Assembly (NCBI RefSeq): GCF_000002075.1
Contig: NW_004797451.1
Coordinates: 388,853 to 452,852 of the forward strand
Direction: 5' to 3'
From: Aplysia californica
Lineage: Eukaryota
Length of the DNA: 64,000 nucleotides
Positions 12,620 to 26,000 of this stretch are shown piece after piece. Position 1 is the first letter of the stretch; each line of letters opens with the position of its first letter. A program made the position numbers and the translations under genes. Under the pieces are notes generated by a model, which searched no databases, was not told where the DNA came from, and was given only the letters and a program-made list of their open reading frames with translations.

Positions 12620-12765
12620 AAACTTTCGTCTTTGGGGACAACCAACTTCCTTTATTCCCTCAAATTGAAACATCAATTTGATAAGAACTAAAAGACCTTT
12701 ATGCCTCTACTTTGTGTAACAAAGAAAGATACAGAAGGTCATTTTTACCATCTATCATCCATTTA
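12620..12765 (+). mobile_element. Degenerate 3' fragment of the same LINE family as 48680-49712
   Basis: acaaagaaagatacagaaggtcatttttaccatc matches about 49423-49460. Confidence 0.55.
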
Positions 12766-12864
12766 ATTCTTTCCAATATTGAGTATTTTATTAAATTTTA
12801 TGTAGAAAAAACGCAAAAGGGAAGCTTTAACAATTACTGAGCCTATCTATAGAGCAATCATTAA

Positions 12865-13615
12865 GGGGGTTCGCGGGTCGGGTCTAGGGCCTCTGGGCCT
12901 CTGAACACTTTTTACTGTTGGTATGTTGGTATTTTCAGCCTAGATTATATTGACACTAGTCGCTGAGTGGTTAACATTAATAGAATTCAATTTTTTGGGG
13001 TTCTATGTTGTGTACTAACAATAACATTTTCTATGTTTAAACTTGTTTTTCTCAAAACACACTTTTTCACCACTTTTTGTTTGCATATATATGCCATTTT
13101 TTAAAATCCAGTATTTTTTAATTTTCAAACACAGAGACTTAAAATTTGGCATAGTTAGCTCTAGAGAAATGGTTTGTACTTGTAGTGGGCTGGTTAGTTT
13201 TTTACATTTTGCTTTAGAATTTGAAAAATGATTTTCTTTTCCTGCCAAAAATTTTTTAAAAAGATCAAATTCAATATCCCCAGCTTAGAGAACAATTTTT
13301 GATACTTTTACCATGCTTAGAAAGAATTTTTAAGTATGGTATAAAAAATCGAAATAGCCAGCTGCAAAGTCCTATTTATTTGTGACATTTTGCAAGTTAC
13401 AGAATTTTAAAAAGTTAGAAACTAAAAATTGTGGAAAAAAAGAAAATTCTATCCAATTTTCAAGACGGCCGCTGTTTCCATGACAACGGCTTACATAATC
13501 TAGTGTGTCAACAGTCGAACATGACTTTTTTTGTCTCATACTTACTGCCTCTGACAAAAGTTGTTTCAGGTTGTCTTTAGTTAAAAATGTTGTCCCGTAA
13601 GTATCGAGCCCCCCC
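12865..13615. mobile_element. TTAA-flanked non-autonomous DNA transposon (Kolobok-like)
   Basis: ttaa|GGGGGTTCG ... CGAGCCCCCCC|ttaa. Confidence 0.65.
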
Positions 13616-13860
13616 TTAAACTGTATAATATGGGTGATTAAAGAGTTACTACATGAAGTTGATTTTGGACCTAGTTGTCACACTTGTACCCCACATTTTT
13701 TGCAAAGGCTCAGTAAAAAATGATAGTTTGTACAGGTGATTGATTATCTTGGGCAGATGGTTGTTAAAGCAGCCTATTATTTGATCAATAATGTTATTAC
13801 TCTACTATAAACACCACGGTCAACCTTTTCAGAGTACAGTATAATAAAAACACATTATAT

Positions 13861-15051
13861 TGTATGGGGCATTGTGGTGAAATTAGGCGCTCATCAAAAT
13901 AATGAAATCGAAGAAATCAGCGGGGTTTTTTCTCTCCTGAAGAATTCAGCGTTTTTTTCTCTCCTGATTTTATAATTTAAAAAAAAAATCTACCTTTTGG
14001 CTCAACACCTTTTATATCCATTAAAATATACTCTGCTGTTTGGATTTTACTGAAAAATGTTGACTAAAGGCACAGAAAATGCAATTTTACAGTTTCCAAG
14101 GATTCTAAAACTTTGCTAGTCACTAAACTGTGGTGGCCATTTTCTTGTTAATTTTATCTCTGAAACCAGGTGACCCCTTACCTCCTTCAAATTGTCTGAC
14201 TTCTATAGAAAATAAATGGGTAATTTTTTTTGTCGAAAGCAAGAAAAATGAATAAGCTTTAAGATTATACCAAAGATTGACGAGCTCGGTGGCGAGGTGT
14301 AGTGAAGGGCTAAAGGGCTTGAGCCCCACCCACCCACAACTCTTTCCCTCCGTAAATGAATGTTTCTGCTAATAAACGAGATAATCAGCTGAAACCGTTA
14401 AAACTGTTTCAGAATCTTCCGCTCCGTCTTGCTCGGTTACCCAATCACTGTAGTCACCGCTTACAACGATAGTAACCTAACAGTCAATCAAATGTGATTA
14501 GGGCTCAGCAAAGGATGAGCCTATTCCTACAGTCCTCTCTGAATGAAAGTCTTCTTGAAAAAAGGTAAAAGAAACAAGCGAGACCCCAAGGAAAATGCTG
14601 TTAGACAGGGCTCATTCTCTGCCAGTCCAGACAATTGGGGGAAAGTTCATGACACACTTTCCTCAGAGACCCAGTAACCAAAACACGCTCATGAGACCAC
14701 GTTTTAGGAATGCCTGGCTTTCTGCGACCCCACAGCCTAATCCAGTCACTGTTGTTTATGTGCGTTTGCATATTTAATTTATTATTATTTTTTGGGGTAA
14801 TTATTTTACGCCGCTCGCAACTGCATAAGGTCATGTGAGCGCGTTTGCTTGTGAGTGTGTCAATGAAACATACTCGCGCGTTTGCGTGTCAGTGTGTCAA
14901 TGAAACATACTCACACATAGCTGAAATGTCCTCTGAACCAAGGAATTCAACCTTTGAATTCAACCTACCCTCATTTCTCAGCCCCTCCCAAATTTAGAAC
15001 CACGCACCGCCACTGGACGAGCGCCTGATTCCCCCTAGTCATGACACATAT
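13861..15051. mobile_element. MITE family C copy interrupted by a nested insertion
   Basis: Left end ggcattgtggtgaaattaggcgctcatc; right end gacgagcgcctgattcc...acacata; same family as 55069-55505, 7407-7806 and 9925-10341. Confidence 0.75.
14287..15015. mobile_element. hAT-like non-autonomous element nested in MITE C
   Basis: Ends CGGTGGCG...CGCCACTG; 8-bp TSD GACGAGCT/GACGAGCG. Confidence 0.75.
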
Positions 15052-16303
15052 TAATATATTATATGTAAAAATCACCATTTCCGAGGTTAGACTTTCCCAC
15101 CAGATTATGAGAGCTGCATTTCCAATCCTCATAATGAATAATGTCCACCTGAGAAAAGTCTGTTATATTCTTAAGCTTCTTAAACCTGTTTTTGGTTTTA
15201 AAAAATTAACATCTTGTCAAATGAGGCTCAGTGGTCAGAAGTATAATGCCAAACCATTGAAACGATTGATCTGTATTCATGACTGCCTGCTCACTGATGA
15301 CGGTATAATTCATCATCAACCCTTCCTCTTCACACAATTCAAGACCAAATTTTCCTTCCCATATTTTCTACCAATATGGGATCTAATTCTTCTAGTTTTG
15401 CTAATTATGAAATCTAATGTTCATATTTTCCTTGTAAAAATAAAAGTATATAAGATATTTGGATTTTGAATTTAGAATTTTTAACCACTTTCTTTGACTT
15501 TTTAAAGTAGAGGTAAAAGTTGTTACTTTTGGTTAAAGGGTAAAGGTTGTCACTCTTGGATGTGTGCTCAGGACCTTGTTTTGTTAGACTGTTGGTGGCA
15601 AAATGTGGCTGTTATCATTTTTACTCATTATTAATGCAGCTTAACTCAATTTGATTGTCGCAGTCAGCGAACGCTGTTGAAACACCTCTTCTGCTTCATT
15701 TTGATCATTAGTTTGTGTAGGTGTTGCTCGTCACACCTCAGTAAACACAGAATAAACTGTTTTATATATTAATTGTGAATGGAATACCATGCTGAGTCTC
15801 ATTTTCTTTGTTGTTAGATAGAGTGTGCTGTTCTTTTCCCATTCATGTCAAGGTTTACTGCCATGTGGTTTACTCTCATTCAAATCCCCACCTTAGCACA
15901 GCATTCTTTATTTTGAGTTTTAGAATGAGTTTCGATATTTCCTCACTCATTTGGCTTGCTTTAATTGAAGAGATGGATGTTGAGAATCAGTTGTCCTGCT
16001 TTTTAGCCTCTGACTGTGTTCTAAGTGATATACCCATATCATACAGGATTGTGAAAGTTAAATACCCATATTGTACTGAGTTTTGTTGGAAGTTTTATTG
16101 TTATAGTTATCATTTCTGCTTGTGAGCTTGTCTGATTGATCACTTAGGTTCAGTTCTCATGAGTTTTACTGTTTCATGTGGTAGAATGAGTTTTGAAAAC
16201 ACATCTCCTGTGGTGGTTTAATGGGAGAGTTATTTTTCATTCTGAGTCTGAGGGGATAATCTTGCATTGTCTGCTCCACCTGTGTTTCTGTGAACAGCTG
16301 TGA

Positions 16304-16305
16304 GT

Positions 16306-16366
<61 letters not shown>

Positions 16367-16383
16367 AAAGAGAGAGAGAGAGA
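16304..16383. repeat. (GT)n(GA)n microsatellite
   Basis: Direct inspection. Confidence 0.95.
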
Positions 16384-18387
16384 TCGAGTAGCAATTACCT
16401 GTATATGATGGTGCACATGAGTCAGAGTACATGTGTATGTGCTTGTGTGTACATTTGTGACATCCTGTAGTAATGTGCTTGCTTACTGTAACTGAAACCT
16501 GAAGTTCAGGGAGGTGGTTGAGGGTTGTCAACTTGTAGGTCCTATGTCGAGCATTAAAAGTGTTTTGGTGGTGAAAACTGTGATTCCTGATGTGTTGATT
16601 GCAAATGAAGTAGGTGTCACCGGACAGTCTGTAGTTGTTAGATCTTATACTTTTTGTCATCAAATGAAATGGAGCTACATTCTTGAAGGAATTCTGGTTT
16701 TTCTTATCAATGGGTATATAAATAGATCTGTCAATAGAATTTTATATGTGCATTTTGTAGCGCAAATCAATGGTGTGACCGGTGATAGACAACTAATACA
16801 GGTCTTCTTAGATCTTTGTTGTTAATCTTAGTGTGTGTTTCATGACATGTGACTCATCCTGTGTAATTTTTATCTGAAACTTCTCTGCCTATCTGATTTG
16901 CTTTCTATATCTGAAGAAGTCTTTATGCTGGTGGCAGATAATAAAAGACTGATACTTCATCCCAGTAATGTTGTGTCAAATAGCAGAAAGTGACTGATGT
17001 AGGCCTAAATTAAAATTGAACCTCAAGACTCTAAATACAAAAATGAATTCTAGCTGAAATTAGATGTACAATCATATATTTTTAAACATTCACACTTATT
17101 ATGTAATGCAATAAATGGATAACTATACTGTCAATTAGAATATGCTAACGACACTATTGCTCATCATCACAATACTCTGATATATATTTGAGCTTGAGTC
17201 GACATGTCTTGCTGGTGAATGCTCCTCTGTAGCCTTCTATTTAAAACCCTCAACCAGTACTGCTTGACACTGTGTTCGTAATAACAAGTGACTATTTAAC
17301 CACTGAGGCCTTCCATACAGTTGCTATCTATCTGTCTTTTTGTGTGCCTACTCCCTCTTTCCTGTCACCTGCTGGTGTTACATCATGTCTTGTGCCCTTC
17401 CCACATGCTGTGCTGTTATCAATTTCCCAGCACAGGCTGTTAATGACAGTTTAGCGTTTGAGTATTCATATTCCCAGCTCACGCATAACTTCCATTTAGT
17501 GAGCATGGTTAGATGGGTCTACACACTGATGTATTTCTGTGTTGGTTGGAAGTGGGAGGGGGGGGGGGGGGGTTAATTAGTCATGCTAATGAGTTCCTAT
17601 ATTTAAATGTGTTTTTTTTTCCTGTGTATCAATGGCACTGTCAGTTATTTCTTTGGATACTGAGGGGTCTTGGCTGATTGTAGTGATAAGCTTACTTCTT
17701 TCCCGTTTGCCACCTCTCTTCTGGTATCACTGTAGACTGCAGAGGGAGTGACCCTTGGAACATTATTCAACTTTTATTGTGTGACAAGTGTTTGTTTCAT
17801 GTCTCTCTGTTCATTTCTTTCACAGGTAGATGTTAGATTTCTGTTACATCCTTTAAAAAAACTTCCTGTGTTGAAACTGATGTTTACCACAAAACCAAAT
17901 ATTTCTAGATCTATACCTTATGATACAGTACATTCAAGGAGTTATTTCTTTCCGTCCTCTTTTCCAAGCACAATTGATGTACTTTTTTTTTTTTAGTATA
18001 TTGGCTCAGACTGCCAAATTCATAATTTTAGATTGTTATTCTTTTGGACACATCGGCTGTTATTTTCCAGATCATCTAATCTGTTGGTTATGGTTAACTC
18101 ACTGGAATAGAATGGGTTTTTTTTCTTTCTAATAGATTGTATGTATTTTGGCATTACTATGCAGTGGTGGTAAGCTTGAAAGGTGGCAGGGTACCTCATT
18201 AGATCTGATGTGTTGATTATGAATATTATAACAAAAGCAGTATACTGTATTCTATGTATTGAATCACTTTTGTGGGTGCGGTGTAACTGTTTGAATGTCA
18301 GCTGTTGTGAATTTTCAATGAGATGTGAATTTTTTTTAAAATCAGGAATTATTTGAGTTGGTTATTCGAATATTTGTATGTTCGATA

Positions 18388-18800
18388 TAGGGCTATTCCA
18401 CGGTAACTGACGGGACATTTTGACTATACTTTCTTACAATGATAACACTGTAATTCAATATCAGTTAATTTATTTCAACTTTAAATTATCAGACATTTGA
18501 AAGATACATTCATTAAGAAGCATATTAAATGCAGTCATTTGAAAGAAAAGAACAATATGCAAATTCTTTGACCTGCTTAGTGGCGGTAACCGACGGGACA
18601 ATTGAGGTAATTTCTCTGTCCTGTCTGTTACCGAAACTAAACACATCTCAGAATTTGCTTAAAGTACTTTTTTTTCAAACGACCGCATTTAATCTGAGTC
18701 TTAATGCGTCTTTCAGATGTTTTGATTTTTCAAGTTTTAGATAAATTAATTGGTATTGAATTACAGTGTTATCATTGAAGTGAATGTTATATCTGTTGGA
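18388..18800. mobile_element. Foldback (palindromic) MITE
   Basis: caatgataacactgtaattcaatatcagttaatttat (~18436) is the reverse complement of ataaattaattggtattgaattacagtgttatcattg (~18741); inner ggtaaccgacgggaca/tgtcctgtctgttacc hairpin. Confidence 0.65.
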
Positions 18801-19304
18801 CGCATGTGTAACATTTCACTATTTATCTAGGACAACCCATAGTCAGAGATAAGACACATCTGTCCAGTCAGCGAGGGACACACCCACTTCCCGGGGATCT
18901 TGTAGAACCTGCTATCAGACAGGTGCTGTCCACTCATTGACAGTAAGATGTTTATGGGGTTTTGTGGCTCAGGTGGGGGAGATTAAAGTCTTTTATCTGT
19001 GGGTGCTATGTTCAGGATGTTTAAGAAGTTTGAGGATGAAATAAATATTGGTCTGAAGGTGGATTACAGACAAAATCAGTTGGTTCAAATTTTGCATTTG
19101 TGGGGAGAGAGAGAGAGAGAGAGAGAGAGANNNNNNNNNNNNNNNNNNNNNNNNNNNNNNNNNNNNNNNNNNNNNNNNNNNNNNNNNNNNNNNNNNNNNN
19201 NNNNNNNNNNNNNNNNNNNNNNNNNNNNNNGTAGTAGTAGTAGTAGTAGTAGTAGTAGCAAAAAGGTGGAGACGAAAGCAAACGACAGAAAACGGTTCGA
19301 GAGC

Positions 19305-19425
19305 ATGAAAGGAGGTGAAACGAGAAAACGTCAGGGAAGAAAATTTTCCGTCACTGTCAGGTTACGAACCAGGAACCTATTGAATGAGAGGTGAACACTG
19401 TGCCTCTAGACGTCAAGAGCCGCCT
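19305..19425 (-). mobile_element. SINE family A 5' fragment
   Basis: Matches 230-347 (gaaccaggaacctattgaatgagagg). Confidence 0.65.
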
Positions 19426-19677
19426 ACTATCATTTTTCTTGGAATGGCACTGATATTCACAATCTTCTCTTTTAACATAATATTTTATTTAAGGTTTCGG
19501 ACTAATAATAAAAGGGAACTCTTAAAGTTGGAAACAGAAGTATGTTGGTGCAGTTATCTTCCCAAAACAATATTTTTCATTTAGATCTACTGAACATTGG
19601 TTATAAGCCCTATATGCATTTTTATAAGAATTTAGTTTCAGAAACTCCTTTTATCGATATTTCGCTTTCTAATTGAA

Positions 19678-19927
19678 GGATGCGGTGGTGGAGCGGTTAG
19701 TGCGCTTGTCTCCGAAACGGAAAGTCCAGGTTCGAGCCTCGGTTCAGACACGGGTCCCCCCCCCCCTCTTGCCCACCCAGCAGTAACGGGTACCTGACTT
19801 CGAGTTGGGGAAGTAAAGGCGGCGCTGAAAGGAACTGGCCACCTTACAACAATGTACCGAACGCCCAGGACGTTGTCTCACTAACAAACAATCCCCAATG
19901 TCGGATGCGGGAAAAATTACTTTAATT
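19678..19927 (+). mobile_element. tRNA-derived SINE family D (Meta-domain-like core)
   Basis: A-box TGGTGGAGCGG, B-box GGTTCGAGCC, core CACCCAGCAGTAACGGGTACC; three copies in the window. Confidence 0.8.
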
Positions 19928-21533
19928 AAAGTGTAAAAAATACATAACTCACCTTCAGTGGAGCAAACATTTTATATTGCCTCCTGTGATTTTCGCGGGA
20001 ATGCATGGTTAACAGAATATAGTCCTGTAATGAATCCCTTGCACTATACTTCGAATTTTTTTTAAAAATATTAAAAACTAGTGAAAGTAACTGCATAGAA
20101 TTCACCGGGTTTTCAAGCAAATCTAGAGGCCTTACAAATGAGAACAAAGTTCCCTCCGTCGGCCACTCATCTGCTCAATAATTAGTCATCTTTCCAACTG
20201 CACGTTTTATATTGCCCTTTTCACAGTCTGGCAAACACCCCGTGGGCATGGAAAGTACAAACATCAAAAGTATTGAAAGAGAATTTGTTCCGTTTGGAAT
20301 GTCGATAACTTTTCGTTTTTGATTTAATCTACCGCCTGTCAATCTGTGTTTCACAGTAACCCCTTGTACTTCTCTCTTTGAATATTGCTTTTGATTACTG
20401 TCAGATTTTTGTTACAAACAGCAATAAGACTTCGAAAATGTGTTTGAATATACAGAGTGTTTCAGTTTCGCTTTAAGAGGTCTGATACCTTAGACCAGGA
20501 CAGAACTCATCGCTGGCTCAGTGATTGACAGGGACGGGGACATAAATTATGGTTCGTCTTGTCCTGAATGATGGTGCACATGAGTCAGAGCTGTCCCTCC
20601 TGTCAGCCGGACACCAGCGGAACACGAACAGAGAGCGAAGAGTTGGCCGTTAGACTAACCTACAATTCTCAAGCTGAGAAGTGGAGAAGGAAATGGCACG
20701 GGGCGTGTCAAGAAAAGCAATAACAACTTTTTTGTTTTTTTGGAATTTTTCAGGGACGTCTACTTGTTTTCATTTTTTAAAAAGTTTTTTTATTTTGTTT
20801 TGTTCTGTCTTTTATTTTTTGTTTCAGTCAGCAGTCTCTGATGTTGGCCTGGAGGTTTGATTTGCATGTTTTGGGCCTTCTTTTGTTGTTTTTGCCAAAG
20901 TAATTCTTTTTAATGATTAGTGTCTTCATATGAACATGGATATATCCCTGTCCTCTGTCAACTTTCATTGTCTGTGTGTGTGTGGGGGGGGGGGCATTGG
21001 ATTATTAAAATGTTCTAACAATTTTTGAAGGGTTGGATGTCTATAGCCTGAAATCTTTTTGCGGGTGGTTGGCGGTGTTGCGTGGTGAAGGAAATTCAAA
21101 TTTTTTTTGGGTGTGTTGGTGTGTTTGCATGCATGGGGTGTCGGGATGGTGTATGTTGTCTTTTTATGGTCTTTCAGTTAAGAACTTAACCTTGTTGATT
21201 TTTACTGAACCCTTCGTGACCACCGCCAAACTCCTAAGACCGACTCACTGAACCCCTGGGGTCAGATTGAACCTGGATTAAGAAAAGAACCACTGGTTTA
21301 AGTTTATATTATCCTGAAGGTAGAGTTGTTGATCCCTGGTCAGGCACCCGGGGTTTGAGTTACCTTGTGTTGACTGTGTTGACTATAGGGGGGTCCAGTC
21401 TTGATCAGGGAATTGCAGAGCTAACCCTGTAACTTCTGCTGTACTCACAATCTGGTTTTTGTTTTTTTTAAATTCATTTTAATACGATATGTCGCAAACA
21501 GATCATTAAATTTTTTTGCTTCTTCTTTTTCAG

Positions 21534-21792
21534 GTTTGGAAGCAGCAGGAGCTAACTCAGTATTGGATTTTCACCCAAACTGGTGCTCACAGAATTTGAA
21601 GACATCTGGGATTCCTTGTTCCTTTCTCTTCCACACTTGGGCTTTTGGACTTTGCCAGCCTTAGGGACTCGGAAGCAAAGACAGCGGTAGAAGCCAGACC
21701 TGGTGTCAAATTTTCTGCCATTGGGGACATCTACAAAACTGATTCCCAAGAGGAAGTTGAATCTGTGAGGTGTGGTACGACGACCCGTTACC
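21534..21792 (+). other. Probable 5' UTR part of the first coding exon
   Basis: Pyrimidine tract and cag acceptor end at 21533 (tttttttgcttcttctttttcag). In-frame stops lie upstream of the ATG at 21793 (context accATGG). Confidence 0.65.
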
Positions 21793-21909
21793 ATGGATAC
21801 GTTACTCCGAGGAGAAGAGATGACCTTGTGTCAAATGTTCCTCCAGTCTGAGGCAGCCTACGCCTGTGTCTCAGAGCTCGGGGAACTGGGCTTGGTGCAG
21901 TTCAGAGAT
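21793..21909 (+). CDS. ATP6V0A1: V-ATPase subunit a coding exon 1 ([10 protein letters not shown]...VQFRD)
   Basis: 117 nt; donor GAT|gtgagt. Confidence 0.95.
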
Positions 21910-23014
21910 GTGAGTTCCTGAGTGATAAAACGTATGTTAGAAATATGAGACAGATTTATTCCACATGAAAAGATTCCAGAGTGAAATGTATGATAGACTG
22001 GTAAAAACTCATTTTGATTGTAAATTCATTACGTCAGTATGGACACTTTTCAGATCATCTTGGAGGTAGGCTACTGGGTACATACTTGCGCAACTGGAAT
22101 GAGGTTTTATTGTCCAAGAAAGTAAGATTAGAGTAATGGTTAGCTGTTTAATGAGTGTCAAACAGCTGACTATGTGTGTGATGTGGAGCCTTAGCAATCC
22201 TGGTTCGTATTTCTAAGGTGCAATACAGCTTCTTCTTTTGGGGAGTTTTCGTTGTTTTCAATGCACTTGACAAGGTCTTATCACATATAATGGCAAGCGG
22301 ACTTAAAGTTAAAAGAAATAGATGCCTGTTAAATATTCTTCCCATGTTGAAAGGGATGTAAAACTCCTACCAGGCTATACCCTATTGTAGTTAAAATATT
22401 GTATCAGAGTGTTCTGTTCTGTGCTGCACCATTGTGTACTTTGTGATCTCTGGTAACATTTATGCGAGAGACTAATTTGACCTTTCTCCCTTGACCTCCT
22501 CAGCTGAACCCTGATGTGAATGCGTTTCAGAGGAAATTTGTTAATGAGATCAGACGTTGTGAGGAGATGGAGAGAAAGCTCCGTGAGTTTGTCCTCTTAT
22601 TATTTTGTTNNNNNNNNNNNNNNNNNNNNNNNNNNNNNNNNNNNNNNNNNNNNNNNNNNNNNNNNNNNNNNNNNNNNNNNNNNNNNNNNNNNNNNNNNNN
22701 NNNNNNNNNNNNNNNNNNNNNNNNNNNNNNNNNNNNNNNNNNNNNNNNNNNNNNNNNNNNNNNNNNNNNNNNNNNNNNNNNNNNNNNNNNNNNNNNNNNN
22801 NNNNNNNNNNNNNNNNNNNNNNNNNNNNNNNNNNNNNNNNNNNNNNNNNNNNNNNNNNNNNNNNNNNNNNNNNNNNNNNNNNNNNNNNNNNNNNNNNNNN
22901 NNNNNNNNNNNNNNNNNNNNNNNNNNNNNNNNNNNNNNNNNNNNNNNNNNNNNNNNNNNNNNNNNNNNNNNNNNNNNNNNNNNNNNNNNNNNNNNNNNNN
23001 NNNNNNNNNNNNNN

Positions 23015-23057
<43 letters not shown>

Positions 23058-26000
23058 CCAAGCAGTCACAAATGTTTGCCTTTGGTTTTCTGAATTTCAG
23101 TGAACTCATATTTTATGAAACTGTTTTAGTATATTAGTTTAAGGTTTTTTTCCTGCTTCACAATGTTTCTGATACTACTCCCTGTCATTTCTTTTTCCTC
23201 TCAGTGTGTATGGCTTTGCCGTGTTGACGGGCTGCTGTTGTTCTCAGATGAGAACATTAATGGGCTTTTCAATAATAATACTATGCGCAGTGTTCAAGAT
23301 AATAATTATATAAGCGTAAAACTGTATAGAAGTATATGCACCCAATCATGAACTCACATCTAGAGACACACACTCCCATGCCCACATACACACATGCACA
23401 CACATGCACGCACGCACATACACACACACACATACACACTCATACTCACACACATACATGTGTTCATGCATACGTACATACGTACATACATGAATAGGGG
23501 TGTATGTTGTTATTATAAGTATGTATTGTAACTTATATTGGTTGCTTAAAATAGTTCTACAGACAAGGTAGATAGATAGATTGACTGGCTATATTCTTTA
23601 TATCTCCCTCTGTCACTCTCTCTGTCTCTGTCTGTCTGACTGTGTGCGTGTCTGTGTGTTTGTCTGTCTGTTTCTCTCTCTCTCTCTCGGTCTAGGTCAA
23701 TGTGGTGGTACATGTTTGTCTGATTTGTTTAACAATCCCAGAAACCTCCTTGCTGACTAGCTATGTGTGATATGAGACTGTGCCGTCGCTCATCTCAGAA
23801 AACCTTTGTAGGTGGTTGGAGGGTGCTCTGTTGTGTGTTTGTTACTCTCTTGTAACACCTCTAATCTTCGGCACTTATATGACCTTTTTGTGTTGCAAGT
23901 GCTGTAAAGCATGGAAACTAAGAAAACCTATTATGAGATGCTGCTCTTTAATTTGACTTGCGGCTGTTTTTCCCCTACCAGGCGACATATGAGAAGCTGG
24001 AGAACGAGATGAAGGAAGTCAACTCCAACTCTGAGGCTCTCAAAAGGAACTTTCTGGAGCTGACAGAGTTGAAGCATATCCTGAGAAAAACGCAGACCTT
24101 CTTCGACGAGGTAAGTCACTCTGGGCTTATCACATTTATTGAACTTCATTTGTATCAAACGTCTGAAGTCTTAACAATGCCAGATTTGTCTGTTGTAACA
24201 AAGGGTTGTGGGCTTCTGCTCTGAAAGGGACTGCACTCAATGCTATTTGTTCTTTGTTGACTTTGAACATTTTGGAGAACTATTTGTTTATCTTCAGGAT
24301 TCCAACGTTGAACAATGTCGAGTCATGCTAGTTGGAACCCATTGGCATTGACATAGTTGCATAGTTTGATAGTCTGCCTACCCTGATACATTTAGGTGCG
24401 ACTTTTTTTGTTGTAATTATAGTAGAGACAGATTTTGCTCACAAGTTTTTTTTCTCCACTTTTTCCTTTTTCCCACTTTTTGCCTTTTTTCCCCCCTTTG
24501 ATCTAAATGAACACCTTTTTAACGGTTGTCAAGATTTTTTTATAATGTCTCCCTTTTCACAGGGTTTTGATTATTTAATGCAGTCGAACCTGTCTTAACG
24601 GAATCTCCCCGCTCCTCCCTTGATATATTCCTCTTTAATTACCTATATAAAACGGAAACATGTCCAACACAGAAATGGAAAAAAATTCACTCCCTTCCAA
24701 GGGTTTTACCTGTCTAAGACGGAAAATGCTTTGCCCGCTCAGCCTTGATTTGAAACAGAACTCGTAAGTTTGGTTCCGCTGGCTATAAACTTAACACCAT
24801 GGCCATGCCGCTGGAGGAGGAAGGGGAGTAGGGGTGCAATTGAGGGTAGATGTTACCCCTTCATGTGAACCCTGAGCGATGCAGAGGATGAGGGTAGTGT
24901 GGGTGTGAAATCTCACGACTGCCTGTGAGAGTGCTCGAGTGGCGAGCCACTACGTAAACTTTCCTCGGTAGCCAGAAGCCAGAGGTGTGAAATTAGATTG
25001 ACCAATGCCTGCCACCCTGATCGTATGGCCAGCCCAGAAAAGAGTTCCTCAAATCATTTTTTCATGATGGCAGTGAGGGGTGGCACTGGTTGACTGTGCT
25101 TGTTACACCGATGGGTGGGGCTAAGGGTAGAAGCAAAAATGTTCATACGTTTCTGTTTTTAATAGGTCAAACTGTGGTCCTATGAAAGGCAAGCAGTGGT
25201 GGTGATTGGATAAGTAAGACTGACGCATGTCATTATGAGACGACAGGATAGCAATTGAGAGCTGTGAAGTTTTTACCAAGCTTGCTGATCAGACAAGCGA
25301 TCCTTGATCCCTCCAGCTGGGTCTTTAAAAACCCCCTTCATCTCCCCCTAAATTCCCCTGTCTAAGATGGAATTTTTTTCTGGCTCCCTAAATTCCCCTG
25401 TCTATTACAGAATTTTTTTCGGGCTCCCTTGGGATTCCGTCTTACACTGGTTCAACTATTTATGTGAATGTGTGCAAATGTATTTCGGGTGTATTTCCGT
25501 ATGAAGGTTAGTGTATATGTGCACACATGTATTTTATTTTGATTTTCTGTATGAGGGTGTATGTGTGTGTGTGGAGAAGTGTGTATTTGTTTAGATTTAT
25601 TTTTTCTCTATGTTTGTGAACATAATTAAAGTGTATGAAATGTGCAAATGTATGTATGCCCAGTCTTGCTTATGGGACTGCAAATTTAGGAAAAAATGCT
25701 CTCTTGGATAGTCTAGGCAAGGAAATCCTCAAGCCTTTACAACGTTCAATGATTGTGTTTTCTTCTTGTCCCCCTTCCCTGTCCCACTGTCTCTGATGTG
25801 TAAATCTCCGAACAACCGACCACATGTTACGGTCTGTGATGAATCATCATGGTTACTCAACTCATGGTGGGTTTGAGTTTGATTCTTGCCGTGTTAGCTG
25901 TACAGCCTTGCCTTGATTGTGTTTTTTGCTTTTCATACTTTTGTTTCACCCTTGTTCTTTCTTATTTGGAAAGAAAAATGTGTTAAATGGTATTTAATCC

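Noticed and set aside
18831-18945. Possible non-coding 5' UTR exon (tctag| ... |gtgctg or |gtaaga)
   Set aside because: Splice signals are weak and nothing independent supports it without transcript data.
21645-21851. ORF overlapping the start codon as an N-terminal extension
   Set aside because: It is in a different frame from the CDS and starts at a non-ATG codon; the CDS frame has upstream stops.
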